A stretch of DNA of 63,503 nucleotides, filler included, from Octopus bimaculoides (GCF_001194135.2; 4 parts of 4 records of this genome joined end to end with filler, not necessarily neighbours in it); one strand, 5' to 3'. Shown: positions 39,933 through 51,919, counted from the first letter of the whole stretch. Program-made: numbers and translations. The notes: a model not told the origin generated them from the letters alone.

Positions 39933-40534
39933 GAGTGAGAGAGTGGAAAAGAGAGAGTGCGAATGAGACTGAAAATATTCAGATGTGCTCTCATGGATCA
40001 GCGTAGAGATATTTATATATTTAAAGAATAGATTTACAGGGAGTACAAAGAATACAGAAATCTAACGGAAGGGATATGGTATTTCGGGTCCGACAGCCAA
40101 TTCTAGGAGGCCGGTATTTTATATAATGTTTGTAATGTTGGCAGTTGGAGTGTGTAACATCTCAAAGATATGCAACCAGTTGTGAATGCATATAAACGTT
40201 ACCGTAAACCCGACCAGTATCGTCAGGGTGGAAAGATCGGCAACTAACAGTGGTTGGCTATGAAAAGGGCTCTGAGATCCAAATTGATTAGGTTTAGTGA
40301 AAAAGTGATAACTGAATATTTTAGATTTCTTCATTCTTGCCGAGAGGCGATCATGGGGTGTGCGAGAAAAGAGTCACCGGACCTAGATTGTCTACTCTAC
40401 GAGCCTTATTTGCACATGCCGCATATGTTCGAGGTGCTTCTCGGCAGATGTCTACTAGAACGGGAGAATTCTCAGTCCTGCAAAAATTGGTGTGGTCGTA
40501 TTGCTAAGAAAATACTGGAACAGGAGCGGGGGGG

Positions 40535-41293
40535 GTTTTAACACCTTCAGTTAAATGTAGTCTTCAAGATTTTGTGATGGTGTTAGTTAAGTATTTGGCG
40601 TGTGACGTCAATACTTAGGTGGATGAGATACAGACGTGTACCATAACACACAATTTCCGCTCCAAGAAATGCATCATAGCAAGTATGGATAAAGAACCTG
40701 GATGGTGGGATTCTAATCTATACTTTGAGGCTGAGGTCGTGCCTCTCTTGGGAGGCTTGATCGTTCTAATTTACAGTAATACTTCCTCAGTAGTGTGAGT
40801 AAATGTTCAGATGTTTATTCGCTCAGTATAATTCTATCGATCAGTCAAGAGTGCCTTTCCCTCCCAGTTTATATGTCTAGTCCCTAGATTTACGACTGCA
40901 GACGTTGAAATTTCAAGCCGTAACCATTGAGAACTAGAGAACGCAAGTTTTGTGTTTGCATAACATATTCATGGAGTACGTGCTCGTCGGTGTTGGGCAC
41001 CAAATACATCGAAATGATCGGTACTTCACTAAGGGAATACGAGGTGGAGACAGGAGTAAAGATTAATCAAATCTCGTTGGGCTGTTTACCGGCACCTAGA
41101 GAAGCAGGCCCATTCTGTTCACCTTCGTTGTCAGACACTGGACGGACTAGTTAAATTGCTTGGAGTTTCCTTTGGTGCAGCTCCCCTTCCCCACTGGACA
41201 AGAACTGGAAAGAGCTGATCTCATCCCAAGAAATGGGCTGCGGAGAAACTATCCCTGAATGATCTAGCATTCATCATCTCTTACCGTCTGACT
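40535..41293 (+). mobile_element. L1/Tx1-clade non-LTR retrotransposon RT fragment
   Basis: Across frameshifts: LNVVFKIL, VDEIQTCTI, IEMIGTSLREYEVETGVKIN, VKLLGVSFG, DKNWKE, EKLSL, SYRLT. Confidence 0.75.
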
Positions 41294-41599
41294 CTCATCT
41301 CTTGCCTAGGTTTTTTTTTTTTAGGAAGTCTGTGAGCTCATGAAGTCGGATTTGACCTATTTTGGGGTCACTTGCTATCGTACAGATACATCTTGCCATA
41401 GTGTATGTTCCTTTTTGGTGTGTGAGGGATGGCAAGAGTAGAAATTTGTGTCTGTTTTTTTGTAAAATATATATCTGTTGTGACTGTAGAGTTGTGTATT
41501 TTTATGTGGATATCCAGGAATGGTATTCCATTACAAATGGTTTCTCTCGTTAATTTGATATATGAGTGAAGTGTGTTGAAGATGTTATTTAATATTTAT

Positions 41600-41800
41600 A
41601 GATTTTTATTTGAATTGTCCCAAATAATGAAGGAGTCATCGAGAAAGCGTTTCCACATTTTTTGTTAGTTGTTTTTAGTCCTTTTCTCCTCATTCTTGAT
41701 GCATTAAACCTCAGTCCGTTCCCATTATTAACGACTTGTCCTTCATCCCATAAACAGCAGCTCTCTTCATCATTCTTGTAAAGGTTGACCTGCAACTACT
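41600..41800 (-). mobile_element. Penelope-like RT catalytic-motif fragment
   Basis: KMWKRFLDDSFIIWDNS resembles the PLE W.RYxDD.F.IW motif; an LFMG-like stretch lies upstream. Confidence 0.55.
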
Positions 41801-43375
41801 TAAGAGGAATGTTAATGATATCTATCTCACCAGCATTGGAGAGGCTGAAGGAGTTATAAGACCTGACTGATCCTCTCTCCAAAACCGAAACAAAAAGAGT
41901 GAGAACTCAACTCACATCACAAACAACTGGACGATATACTGCAAGGTGTCTGAATCGACATCCTTAAAGTTGCGCTAATTCTTTGCTCTGTTATGGTTCT
42001 TTATTGATCTCGGAAATGAATGACATGAGGTTGACCTCGGCCGGATTTCAAGTTAGAAATTCTGTGTGTCAGAAAAAATACTGCAACGCATTCTACTGCA
42101 ATGTATTGCAATTTCAGTCAATTCGCGGTTATATTATGAATGATGAAAATATCTAACTTATTAAATGGAACATCGACTTTACTATTTAACATCTTGAGAT
42201 ATACGTGATTTCTCAATTGGTCAAAACGTTCCAAATCTGTTAAGAAATAGATCTGATCCGCATTAGTATTGGAATATTTGATTAAAACTGAAAGTTTAAG
42301 GTGACTAAACTATTTAATTTGAAATAATCACCTGGAACACAGTTTATTCATGATTGTCATCAGCAAGTATTAAATAATTACTGAATTTTATTCTATTCCA
42401 TGACTTAAGTCTTTAAATGTTAATAAAGCACTAAAAAAGTACAATAAAACATGTAAAAATTACAAAATTTTCAGGGCAACTGAGAGACATCAATCAGCCG
42501 AAACTTCAATTAAGCTTGCATAATTTTGTAATAATTGTGTAATAAGTTTTATTGTGTTCATGATAGGGTAAATTTTACTGATGATATTCTGTCAAAAGTA
42601 AATTCCTCATAATTTGTTCAAACAGCACTATTTTGATTTCATCACTTAGGTATTTTAAGAATTTAGCAATTTAAACGGATCTTGTCATTATCTGCAATTT
42701 AATCCGTCTGTATCATTTTAAATTGTAAAAACAATCATTTTTTCTATAGAAACAAACCTGAAATTTTGGAAAAGGGACAAGTCCTTTATATTGATCTCAG
42801 AGCTAAATTGGTATTTATTTTATCGAACCCGAAAGAATGAAAAGCAAAGTCAACCTCCACAGAATTTAAAATCGAAACGTAAACACGGATGAAATACCGA
42901 TTAACATTTTGTCCGGCGTGCCCAAAGATCCTGCTAGTTCACTGCATTTTTAATTGTAAAATTAATACAAACAATATTTAAAATCTATTCTGTGACACTG
43001 TAAAAATAAACAACAATTCAACTAATTAATGAAATCATATAATTCTGCGAAATACACATGTTTTGTTAGCACCTACGTTTTTATACTGCCCGTTCATTGA
43101 ATATACCGTAAGATCAGATGAAGTTAGACAAATAACATCAAACTTCAGATGTTAACCATATCCAATCATTGTGTATGCGATGTTATGCATTATAAGCTCA
43201 ATATAAGAGAAACAGTTTATTTGACTTCACATTAAGTAACATATCAATCTGTTTTACATAATATTATGTTTTTAATGCTGTGAGATCAACAACAGAATCG
43301 GTTGGCTGAGAACATAATCAATGAGAAATTAAAATATTGGATGTGGAGAATACGTAGAAAGTATCAAATACTTAC

Positions 43376-43563
43376 AAATATTTAACATTCATCGGAATTG
43401 GTTGTGGGACTGATGATAGTTGGTGATTTTCACAATTTACATTTACAGGTGATTTGCAAGTGCATATCTTGCATATTTCTGAAACAGCATGAGCCTCCAA
43501 AACCAATATCAAACACAGTATCAACGCAAATATTTGTATATATGATACTATGTGTTGAGACAT
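43376..43563 (-). CDS. First coding exon of an extracellular LRR protein: signal peptide + cysteine LRRNT cap
   Basis: Translates MSQHIVSYIQIFALILCLILVLEAHAVSEICKICTCKSPVNVNCENHQLSSVPQPIPMNVKY(L): hydrophobic signal-like stretch, then CxxCxC-x6-C and LxxVPxxIP, typical of LRRNT. Phase-2 donor TT|GTAAGT at 43375. Acceptor TTTTACAG ends at 43584, so the exon spans 43583-43376 with 20 nt before the ATG. Confidence 0.85.
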
Positions 43564-44149
43564 ATTTTCAGATGTAGATTTATCTGTAAAACAAGAAAAT
43601 AGAAAATATCAGAGACTTCAATGTTTTTAGTTTTACACTGCAGAATCTTCGAAGGAACTAAAATTAGCCCCTGTTCCATATAACAAATATGTATTGTTTT
43701 CATAATTTGATATTCAAAGTAACAAAATTAAATTTTGATAAATTACTCTGAAGAAACTTATTAAAGACTAGCTAGGAGTGGCTGTGTGGTAAGTAGCTTG
43801 CTTACCAACCACATGGTCCCNNNNNNNNNNNNNNNNNNNNNNNNNNNNNNNNNNNNNNNNNNNNNNNNNNNNNNNNNNNNNNNNNNNNNNNNNNNNNNNN
43901 NNNNNNNNNNNNNNNNNNNNTGTGTGTGTGTCTTTGTGTATATGTTTATCCTCAAACATCGCTTTAGTTCAGGTGATATTGCTTCCGCACTCGTAACTGG
44001 ACGATTAGGCAAAAAGACTAAGAAAATAAGTAGATAACTAAAATATAGCAGTGGGGGCGATTTGTTCGACTAAACGTCTGTAAATTGGTGTGCCATTAAG
44101 GCCGCATTCTAATGTGTGAAATAAGTTAGTTTGGATATGTTCATATTGC

Positions 44150-44744
44150 GACCAAGTCTGTGACTTGTGCAGATGTGGATGATCCCATCGCGGTTCTGAT
44201 TTATTCCATAATTTACCATCAATGTCTACTACAAATATTATGCCGATTTCGTGTCGGAACATATCTAAGTGTTTCATACCATAAATCACTGCTTTATTGA
44301 GGACGATCGGGTTAATAGTGTAGTAGTATTTCTCTATATCTAGTTGAGAGAATTTACTATCTTTGTTAATTTGTAGATGCTTAAGCTATCGAATTACTTC
44401 TTGAGTATCTGATCAGGGCGCTAATTTAATTTTGGATTCAGGGCAGGCGGATTTTCTTACTAATCATTCCTGTATCTGATTTAGATGGACATATCAGTGC
44501 AAATTAGGGATCAAATGGAATTTAAGTTTATGGACTTTAGGCATAATTCAGGATTTTCTAGGGACGTAAGGCTCAGTTCTATCATCTATATCTAAATCTC
44601 AGGCGAGTTCTTATTTTGTATTTGTAATCCTTGCTAACATGTCGTTATTGACGTGCCTATATTTACTGAGCAGTTCCTTCCTAATCATATATTTATATAA
44701 CACAATATTAACGGTGTAAATGCTACATAAGTTTGTTCACTGGG
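44150..44744 (-). mobile_element. Penelope-like (Naiad-like) RT fragment, left arm of an inverted duplication
   Basis: PSKSDTGMISKK, KFSQLDIE and AMGSSTSAQVTDLV. It is the reverse complement of 47877-48748. Confidence 0.8.
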
Positions 44745-45479
44745 NNNNNNNNNNNNNNNNNNNNNNNNNNNNNNNNNNNNNNNNNNNNNNNNNNNNNNNN
44801 NNNNNNNNNNNNNNNNNNNNNNNNNNNNNNNNNNNNNNNNNNNNNNNNNNNNNNNNNNNNNNNNNNNNNNNNNNNNNNNNNNNNNNNNNNNNNNNNNNNN
44901 NNNNNNNNNNNNNNNNNNNNNNNNNNNNNNNNNNNNNNNNNNNNNNNNNNNNNNNNNNNNNNNNNNNNNNNNNNNNNNNNNNNNNNNNNNNNNNNNNNNN
45001 NNNNNNNNNNNNNNNNNNNNNNNNNNNNNNNNNNNNNNNNNNNNNNNNNNNNNNNNNNNNNNNNNNNNNNNNNNNNNNNNNNNNNNNNNNNNNNNNNNNN
45101 NNNNNNNNNNNNNNNNNNNNNNNNNNNNNNNNNNNNNNNNNNNNNNNNNNNNNNNNNNNNNNNNNNNNNNNNNNNNNNNNNNNNNNNNNNNNNNNNNNNN
45201 NNNNNNNNNNNNNNNNNNNNNNNNNNNNNNNNNNNNNNNNNNNNNNNNNNNNNNNNNNNNNNNNNNNNNNNNNNNNNNNNNNNNNNNNNNNNNNNNNNNN
45301 NNNNNNNNNNNNNNNNNNNNNNNNNNNNNNNNNNNNNNNNNNNNNNNNNNNNNNNNNNNNNNNNNNNNNNNNNNNNNNNNNNNNNNNNNNNNNNNNNNNN
45401 NNNNNNNNNNNNNNNNNNNNNNNNNNNNNNNNNNNNNNNNNNNNNNNNNNNNNNNNNNNNNNNNNNNNNNNNNNNNNNN

Positions 45480-45536
<57 letters not shown>

Positions 45537-45815
45537 CTTTCTAATTTATATTCTGTCTTTATATTTTCTTTTGTGTATGTATGAAGATGTGTACGAGTGC
45601 ATGTGTCTGTGTGCTGATAAGCAAATGTTTTATGCATGAGAATGAACATGTGCATCAGAGTGAACATATGAACATGTATGTTTGTATCTGTGTCCGTGGG
45701 GCGTGCCTTCATGTCNNNNNNNNNNNNNNNNNNNNNNNNNNNNNNNNNNNNNNNNNNNNNNNNNNNNNNNNNNNNNNNNNNNNNNNNNNNNNNNNNNNNN
45801 NNNNNNNNNNNNNNN

Positions 45816-45992
45816 ATTACCGCAATGAGTATATGGGAAGTAACGGTGGTCAGATATAGTGCATCTATCCTCAAATGGACTAAGGAGGAAATATAAACAC
45901 TTGATAAAAAGACGAAAAAGTTGATGACGCTGCATGAGGCTCTACACCCAAACGCAAACGTAAACAGGCTGTATATGAAAAGAAAGGAATAG
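45816..45992 (+). mobile_element. R4/Dong-like (restriction-like endonuclease non-LTR) RT C-terminal fragment
   Basis: AMSIWEVTVVRYSASILKWTKEEI*TLDKKTKKLMTLHEALHPNANVNRLYMKRK matches the recalled R4/Dong motif AINTWA..RYS.GI..WT..EL..LDRKTRKLMT....LHPK.DV.RLY..RK. Confidence 0.75.
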
Positions 45993-46545
45993 GTCTCCCA
46001 TAAATACTAATAAAAACTTATGATTTTCTACGTGAAGCAACCCTCAAAGTATGTCACTCACACTTTGTCTTTACGTGTGTATATGTATAAGAGTAAGGTA
46101 TTTCATTGGGGTGACAGAATGACTGAAAACAGTATGAAGCAAATTTTTAGTGGCTTCATTTTCTGTGAGTAAATATGATTTTTTTACACACGCAGATATA
46201 CACACAGACACGGAGGCACGCCCCTCGGTCACAGATACAAACATATATGTTCATATGTTCACTCTGATGCACATGTTCATTCCCATGCATAAAAAATTTA
46301 CTTATCAGCACACAGACACATGCACTCGTACACATCTTCATATATATACAAAAGAAAATATAACGACAGAATATAAATTAGAAAGGGAGCGAGAGAGAGA
46401 GATAGGGAGAGAGAGAGATAGAGAGAGACAGACAGACAGAGAGACAGAGAGACAGAGATAGGGAGAGAGATAATAAGAAAGAAAAGGCTTGAAATTTCTA
46501 GTGATTTTACGTTACAAGAATAATATAAACAAAAATTGAACTTAC

Positions 46546-46617
46546 AATTTCTGTAAATTGTAAAGATTTTGGAAGATTCCACGTTCGATTTTGTCGATCT
46601 TATTATACTCCAAAGTT
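46546..46617 (-). CDS. 72-nt LRR exon, TLEYNKIDKIERGIFQNLYNLQKL
   Basis: TTATGTATACAG| acceptor, TT|GTAAGT donor, 72 nt, phase 2/2. It is the C-terminal end of track ORF 46542..46799. Confidence 0.88.
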
Positions 46618-47574
46618 CTGTATACATAAAGCAAATTTGAAAGGAAATAGCATAGAAAAGTTTTCTGATAAAACATTAAATTTGTAGTCTTAAAATCAGA
46701 TGAGAAAGGAGGGCTATGAAAGAAAAATGCGTGATGGTGATAATGAGGAGGGGAATACAGAAGACAGGAGGGAGCAGGTAGAGAAAAGGGGCGATACACA
46801 ATGAAAGACTGAGCGGAATAATGAAGGTAATGAAAGAAAATAATTCATACATCGTATAGATCTATAAAAGTGCAAGTAGAAGACGATGGACCAAATATGA
46901 CATATGAGAAATGAAAAAAAAGCAGTTGAAAAATTTGAAAGAACAGAAATTGATGAACATGAACCATGTAGAGGAAAATTGTGAACACGAATCAAACACA
47001 TATTAGAAGCACGATGTGGAAAATAACGAAAATCCGAAAGAGGGAGGAGAAAATATCTTTGAATATAAATAGTACAGTCACACATACCCTTATATGCACA
47101 TACATACAATTTCGTCCAGGATATCAATCCTTGATGTAGATACACTCACACATACTTTCGAAGATATACATCCAAACACTCTCAAATACATTCACACAAA
47201 AAATGAGTGAGACAAAATGAATTAGAGAAGAATCGAGTGGGACGAAAAGCCATATGTGAAAGCAATAAGTATTTAGAATTATCCTCGGACGATATTGCTG
47301 ATACTATAATGGTGAAGACGCCTGTGGCATGAAAGAGTTTTGATACGCAATTCTATTTCAGAGAAATATCATAGATTGTTAATATTGAGTCTTAAATTAG
47401 GGAAAAGAAGAATGAAGACGATGGAGAAAACGAGAATGAAGATAACGATTACAATTACGAAGAATGAGATACCGAATGATAAGAAGCACAGGGAGTAGAA
47501 GAAGAAGAAGAAGAAGAAGAAGAAGAAGAAGAAGAAGAAGAAGAAGAAGAAGAAGAAAGCAAGGAAGGAAGAAG

Positions 47575-48748
47575 GGCTAAACCCAGTAAGAAGCATTATA
47601 TAAGCCAACCAATTCATACAAAGAATGCAGTGGAAAGCTTTCTTCTTTGACAAAAATGATATCACATGGCAAACCTGAACATGGAGATCTACTAAGAAAA
47701 GTTATTAAATCAAGAAAAAACCAAACGACCAACCATCACCTAACCAGATTTTTAGAAGAATTATATAGTACAGTTAAGAAAGTGAAGTTCTGTAAATACC
47801 ATAGAAGTTACAAAAAGTTTTAGCAAATTATCAAAAAATTACTTGATGACATCGCGAAAAGTCCAGGAACCATTGTCCCAGTGAACAAAACTATGTAGCA
47901 TTCACACTGTTGATATTGCGTTATATAAATATATGATTAGGAAGGAACTGCTCAGTAAATATAGACACGTGAATAATGACACGTTAGCCAGGATTAAAAA
48001 TACAGGATAAGAACTCGCCTGAGATTTAGCTATAGATGATAGAACTGAGTCTTACGTCCCGAGAAAATCCTGAATTATGCCTAAAGTCCAGAAACCTAAA
48101 ATCCATTTGACCCCCAAGTTGCATTGATTTGTCCATCTAAATCAGATACAAGAATGATTAGTAAGAAAATCCTTGATAGAGTACCGCCTGCCCTGAATCC
48201 AAAATTAAATTAGCGCCCTGATCAGATACTCAATAAGTAATTCGATAGCTTAAGCATCTACAAAATAACAAAGATAGTAAATTCTCTCAACTAGATATAG
48301 AGAATCACTACTACACTATTAACCCGATCGTCCTCAATAAAGCACTGATTTATAGTGTGAAACACTCAGATATGTTCCGACTTTTCGCGATATTTAAGGC
48401 GGCGAGCTGGCAGAAACGTTAGCACGCCGGGCGAAATGCTTAGCGGTATTTCGTCTGCCGCTACGTTCTAAGTTCAAATTCCACCGAGGTCGATTTTGCC
48501 TTTCATCCTTTCGGGGTCGATTAAATAAGTACCAGTTACGCACTGGGGTCGATATAATCGACTTAATCCATTTGTCTGTCCTTGTTTGTCCCCTCTGTAT
48601 ATTGCCCCTTGTAGGTAGTAAAGAAATAACACTCAGATATGTTCCGACACAAAATAGGCATAATATTTGCGGTAGACATTGATTGTAAATTATGGAATAA
48701 ATCAGAACCGCGATGGGATCATCCGCATCTGCACAAGTCACAGATTTG
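47575..48748 (+). mobile_element. Penelope-like (Naiad-like) RT fragment interrupted by a SINE, right arm of the inverted duplication
   Basis: FIQRMQWKAFFFD, VKKVKFCKY, IVPVNKT, LAIDDRTE, PSKSDT.MISKKILDR, KFSQLDIENHYYTI..LNKAL and MGSSASAQVTDL, with stops and frameshifts. Confidence 0.82.
48398..48627 (+). mobile_element. tRNA-derived SINE with a Nin/Deu-type central domain (family B); 21-bp target-site duplication
   Basis: GGCGAGCTGGCAGAA (A-box-like), GTTCAAATTCC (B-box-like), GCCTTTCATCCTTTCGGGGTCGATTAAATAAGTACCAG core. AACACTCAGATATGTTCCGAC is duplicated at 48361-48381 and 48628-48648. Confidence 0.88.
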
Positions 48749-49740
48749 NNNNNNNNNNNNNNNNNNNNNNNNNNNNNNNNNNNNNNNNNNNNNNNNNNNN
48801 NNNNNNNNNNNNNNNNNNNNNNNNNNNNNNNNNNNNNNNNNNNNNNNNNNNNNNNNNNNNNNNNNNNNNNNNNNNNNNNNNNNNNNNNNNNNNNNNNNNN
48901 NNNNNNNNNNNNNNNNNNNNNNNNNNNNNNNNNNNNNNNNNNNNNNNNNNNNNNNNNNNNNNNNNNNNNNNNNNNNNNNNNNNNNNNNNNNNNNNNNNNN
49001 NNNNNNNNNNNNNNNNNNNNNNNNNNNNNNNNNNNNNNNNNNNNNNNNNNNNNNNNNNNNNNNNNNNNNNNNNNNNNNNNNNNNNNNNNNNNNNNNNNNN
49101 NNNNNNNNNNNNNNNNNNNNNNNNNNNNNNNNNNNNNNNNNNNNNNNNNNNNNNNNNNNNNNNNNNNNNNNNNNNNNNNNNNNNNNNNNNNNNNNNNNNN
49201 NNNNNNNNNNNNNNNNNNNNNNNNNNNNNNNNNNNNNNNNNNNNNNNNNNNNNNNNNNNNNNNNNNNNNNNNNNNNNNNNNNNNNNNNNNNNNNNNNNNN
49301 NNNNNNNNNNNNNNNNNNNNNNNNNNNNNNNNNNNNNNNNNNNNNNNNNNNNNNNNNNNNNNNNNNNNNNNNNNNNNNNNNNNNNNNNNNNNNNNNNNNN
49401 NNNNNNNNNNNNNNNNNNNNNNNNNNNNNNNNNNNNNNNNNNNNNNNNNNNNNNNNNNNNNNNNNNNNNNNNNNNNNNNNNNNNNNNNNNNNNNNNNNNN
49501 NNNNNNNNNNNNNNNNNNNNNNNNNNNNNNNNNNNNNNNNNNNNNNNNNNNNNNNNNNNNNNNNNNNNNNNNNNNNNNNNNNNNNNNNNNNNNNNNNNNN
49601 NNNNNNNNNNNNNNNNNNNNNNNNNNNNNNNNNNNNNNNNNNNNNNNNNNNNNNNNNNNNNNNNNNNNNNNNNNNNNNNNNNNNNNNNNNNNNNNNNNNN
49701 NNNNNNNNNNNNNNNNNNNNNNNNNNNNNNNNNNNNNNNN

Positions 49741-49773
<33 letters not shown>

Positions 49774-50335
49774 CACTTACAATACGAAAGTTCTCTTTGG
49801 GTTTCCGTCTACGAAACCCACTCGCATAGAATTAATCAGTTCGAGGTTACAGCAGGAGTCACACGCAAATATATCAAATAATGCCACAAAAACGTGAACC
49901 ATGAGTTTGATAAGAATCTTCTTGCTGCACAACGAGTGTTTGTGTTTGTGTATGCGTGTGTATGTGTATATATGTGAATATATATATATTGTGTGTGTGT
50001 GCATATAAGTATATATACATATATACATACACATATATATATGTATATATAAATATATATATGTATACATATATATGCCAATATCTATGACTTTTCTTAC
50101 ACACAGATAGACACGCCAACGTTCACAAACATATACGTACAAACAAAGAAATACAACGATATATATTCGCATAGAATCATAGTCTTATACACAAAATATC
50201 AAAAGTAAGTTAGAGAAAAAGGGAGGGAGAGAAAGAGAGAAATAGTCAGACAGACAGTGAGGGTGAGAAAAGGAAGATATATAATTTCTAGAGATATTAC
50301 GTCAATGACATATCGTAAACAGAAATTGAACTTAC

Positions 50336-50407
50336 AATAATTGTAAATTGGTAAGTCCGTGGAAGGTACCGCGATCGATATTCTCGATCGTATTATTCTT
50401 CAAATAT
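50336..50407 (-). CDS. 72-nt LRR exon, YLKNNTIENIDRGTFHGLTNLQLL
   Basis: TTTTATGTTACAG| acceptor, TT|GTAAGT donor, 72 nt, phase 2/2, canonical LRR consensus. Not in the ORF track. Confidence 0.88.
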
Positions 50408-51107
50408 CTGTAACATAAAATAATGTATAAAGGAAAGAGTGAACGAAAGTTTTCAGATTAAATATTCAATTTTTAGTCTTAAAATCAGATGAATAACATA
50501 GAAAAATGACAAAGAAAAGCCTAATGATGATAATGATGATGATGATAAAAGATGCGCTACAGAAGTGAAAATGATGTTAATATCGAGAACCTGAAGGAAA
50601 ATCAACCACAGAACGTATAGCTTTATGAAAATGAAAGTTGATGAAAAGTTTCCAATGCACCAGAAATAGAATAAGTATCTGAGACAATATTTTACAAAGA
50701 GGAAATATATGAAGAACATTACCAGTGTAAGCGAAAGAAGAAGTAGTAGTAGTAGTAGTAGTAGTAGAAAAGAAGAGAAGGAGTAGAAGAAGAAGAAGAA
50801 GAAGAAGAAGAAGAAGAAGAAGAAGAAGAAAAGGAAGATGAAGTAGAAGGAAGAAGAAGAAGAAGAAGACGGAGGAGGAAGCGGAGGAGGAGGAGGAGGC
50901 AGAGATGGCGAAGACAAACAACACGAAAATGGAAATAAAGAAGACGAAAACGGATAATAAATAGTCGCACATATACAGTAGCGATATGGGGGACAGAATA
51001 TGAGTTAGAGTGATAAAAACAACGTAGGAAATAAAATGGAATGGACACTAAGATTTATGTAAAAATTGCATTCATAGATATTTTTCAAGAAAAGTGAAGG
51101 AGCTTAC

Positions 51108-51179
51108 AATATCTCTAGTCTTGGAAGACCCTGGAAGGTTCCTTGTTCAATACTCGAAATATTATTTCTGTAAGCATAC
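51108..51179 (-). CDS. 72-nt LRR exon, YAYRNNISSIEQGTFQGLPRLEIL
   Basis: TTTTTTACTGCTTCAG| acceptor, TT|GTAAGC donor, 72 nt, phase 2/2. Ala replaces a normally conserved Leu. Confidence 0.82.
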
Positions 51180-51876
51180 CTGAAGCAGTAAAAAACGATA
51201 GAAATTTTAATGGAGATTATTTGTGATGAAATATTGTATGAGTGTCTTGAATAAAACAAACGATGACAACATAGATTATAATATACAAGAAGGATAGGAC
51301 AAAAAAGACGAAAAACAAGAAGTAAAACAATACCAANNNNNNNNNNNNNNNNNNNNNNNNNNNNNNNNNNNNNNNNNNNNNNNNNNNNNNNNNNNNNNNN
51401 NNNNNNNNNNNNNNNNNNNNNNNNNNNNNNNNNNNNNNNNNNNNNNNNNNNNNNNNNNNNNNNNNNNNNNNNNNNNNNNNNNNNNNNNNNNNNNNNNNNN
51501 NNNNNNNNNNNNNNNNNNNNNNNNNNNNNNNNNNNNNNNNNNNNNNNNNNNNNNNNNNNNNNNNNNNNNNNNNNNNNNNNNNNNNNNNNNNNNNNNNNNN
51601 NNNNNNNNNNNNNNNNNNNNNNNNNNNNNNNNNNNNNNNNNNNNNNNNNNNNNNNNNNNNNNNNNNNNNNNNNNNNNNNNNNNNNNNNNNNNNNNNNNNN
51701 NNNNNNNNNNNNNNNNNNNNNNNNNNNNNNNNNNNNNNNNNNNNNNNNNNNNNNNNNNNNNNNNNNNNNNNNNNNNNNNNNNNNNNNNNNNNNNNNNNNN
51801 NNNNNNNNNNNNNNNNNNNNNNNNNNNNNNNNNNNNNNNNNNNNNNNNNNNNNNNNNNNNNNNNNNNNNNNNNNNN

Positions 51877-51919
<43 letters not shown>

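Larger units (their letters stand above)
44150..48748. repeat. Large inverted duplication: 44150-44744 vs 47877-48748 and 45480-45715 vs 46207-46400, with a spacer of about 490 bp
   Basis: Direct reverse-complement reading. The arms differ by many substitutions, an indel of about 12 bp and a SINE insertion. Confidence 0.88.

Noticed and set aside
40060-40530. Possible Penelope GIY-YIG 3' end on the minus strand
   Set aside because: Only vague motif resemblance; no frame gives convincing conserved residues.
47990-48090. In-frame TGA codons shared by both PLE arms (ELA*DL, RKS*IM) as possible selenocysteine, since some Naiad elements are reported to encode Sec
   Set aside because: The copies also carry TAA/TAG stops and frameshifts. 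The first TGA is easily explained as CGA decay that occurred before the duplication. No SECIS was identified.
44720-49897. Long ORFs of 270-460 aa in the track (also 51104-52082, 56147-57298, 59574-60398 and 61146-61928)
   Set aside because: Artifacts of reading through N gaps.
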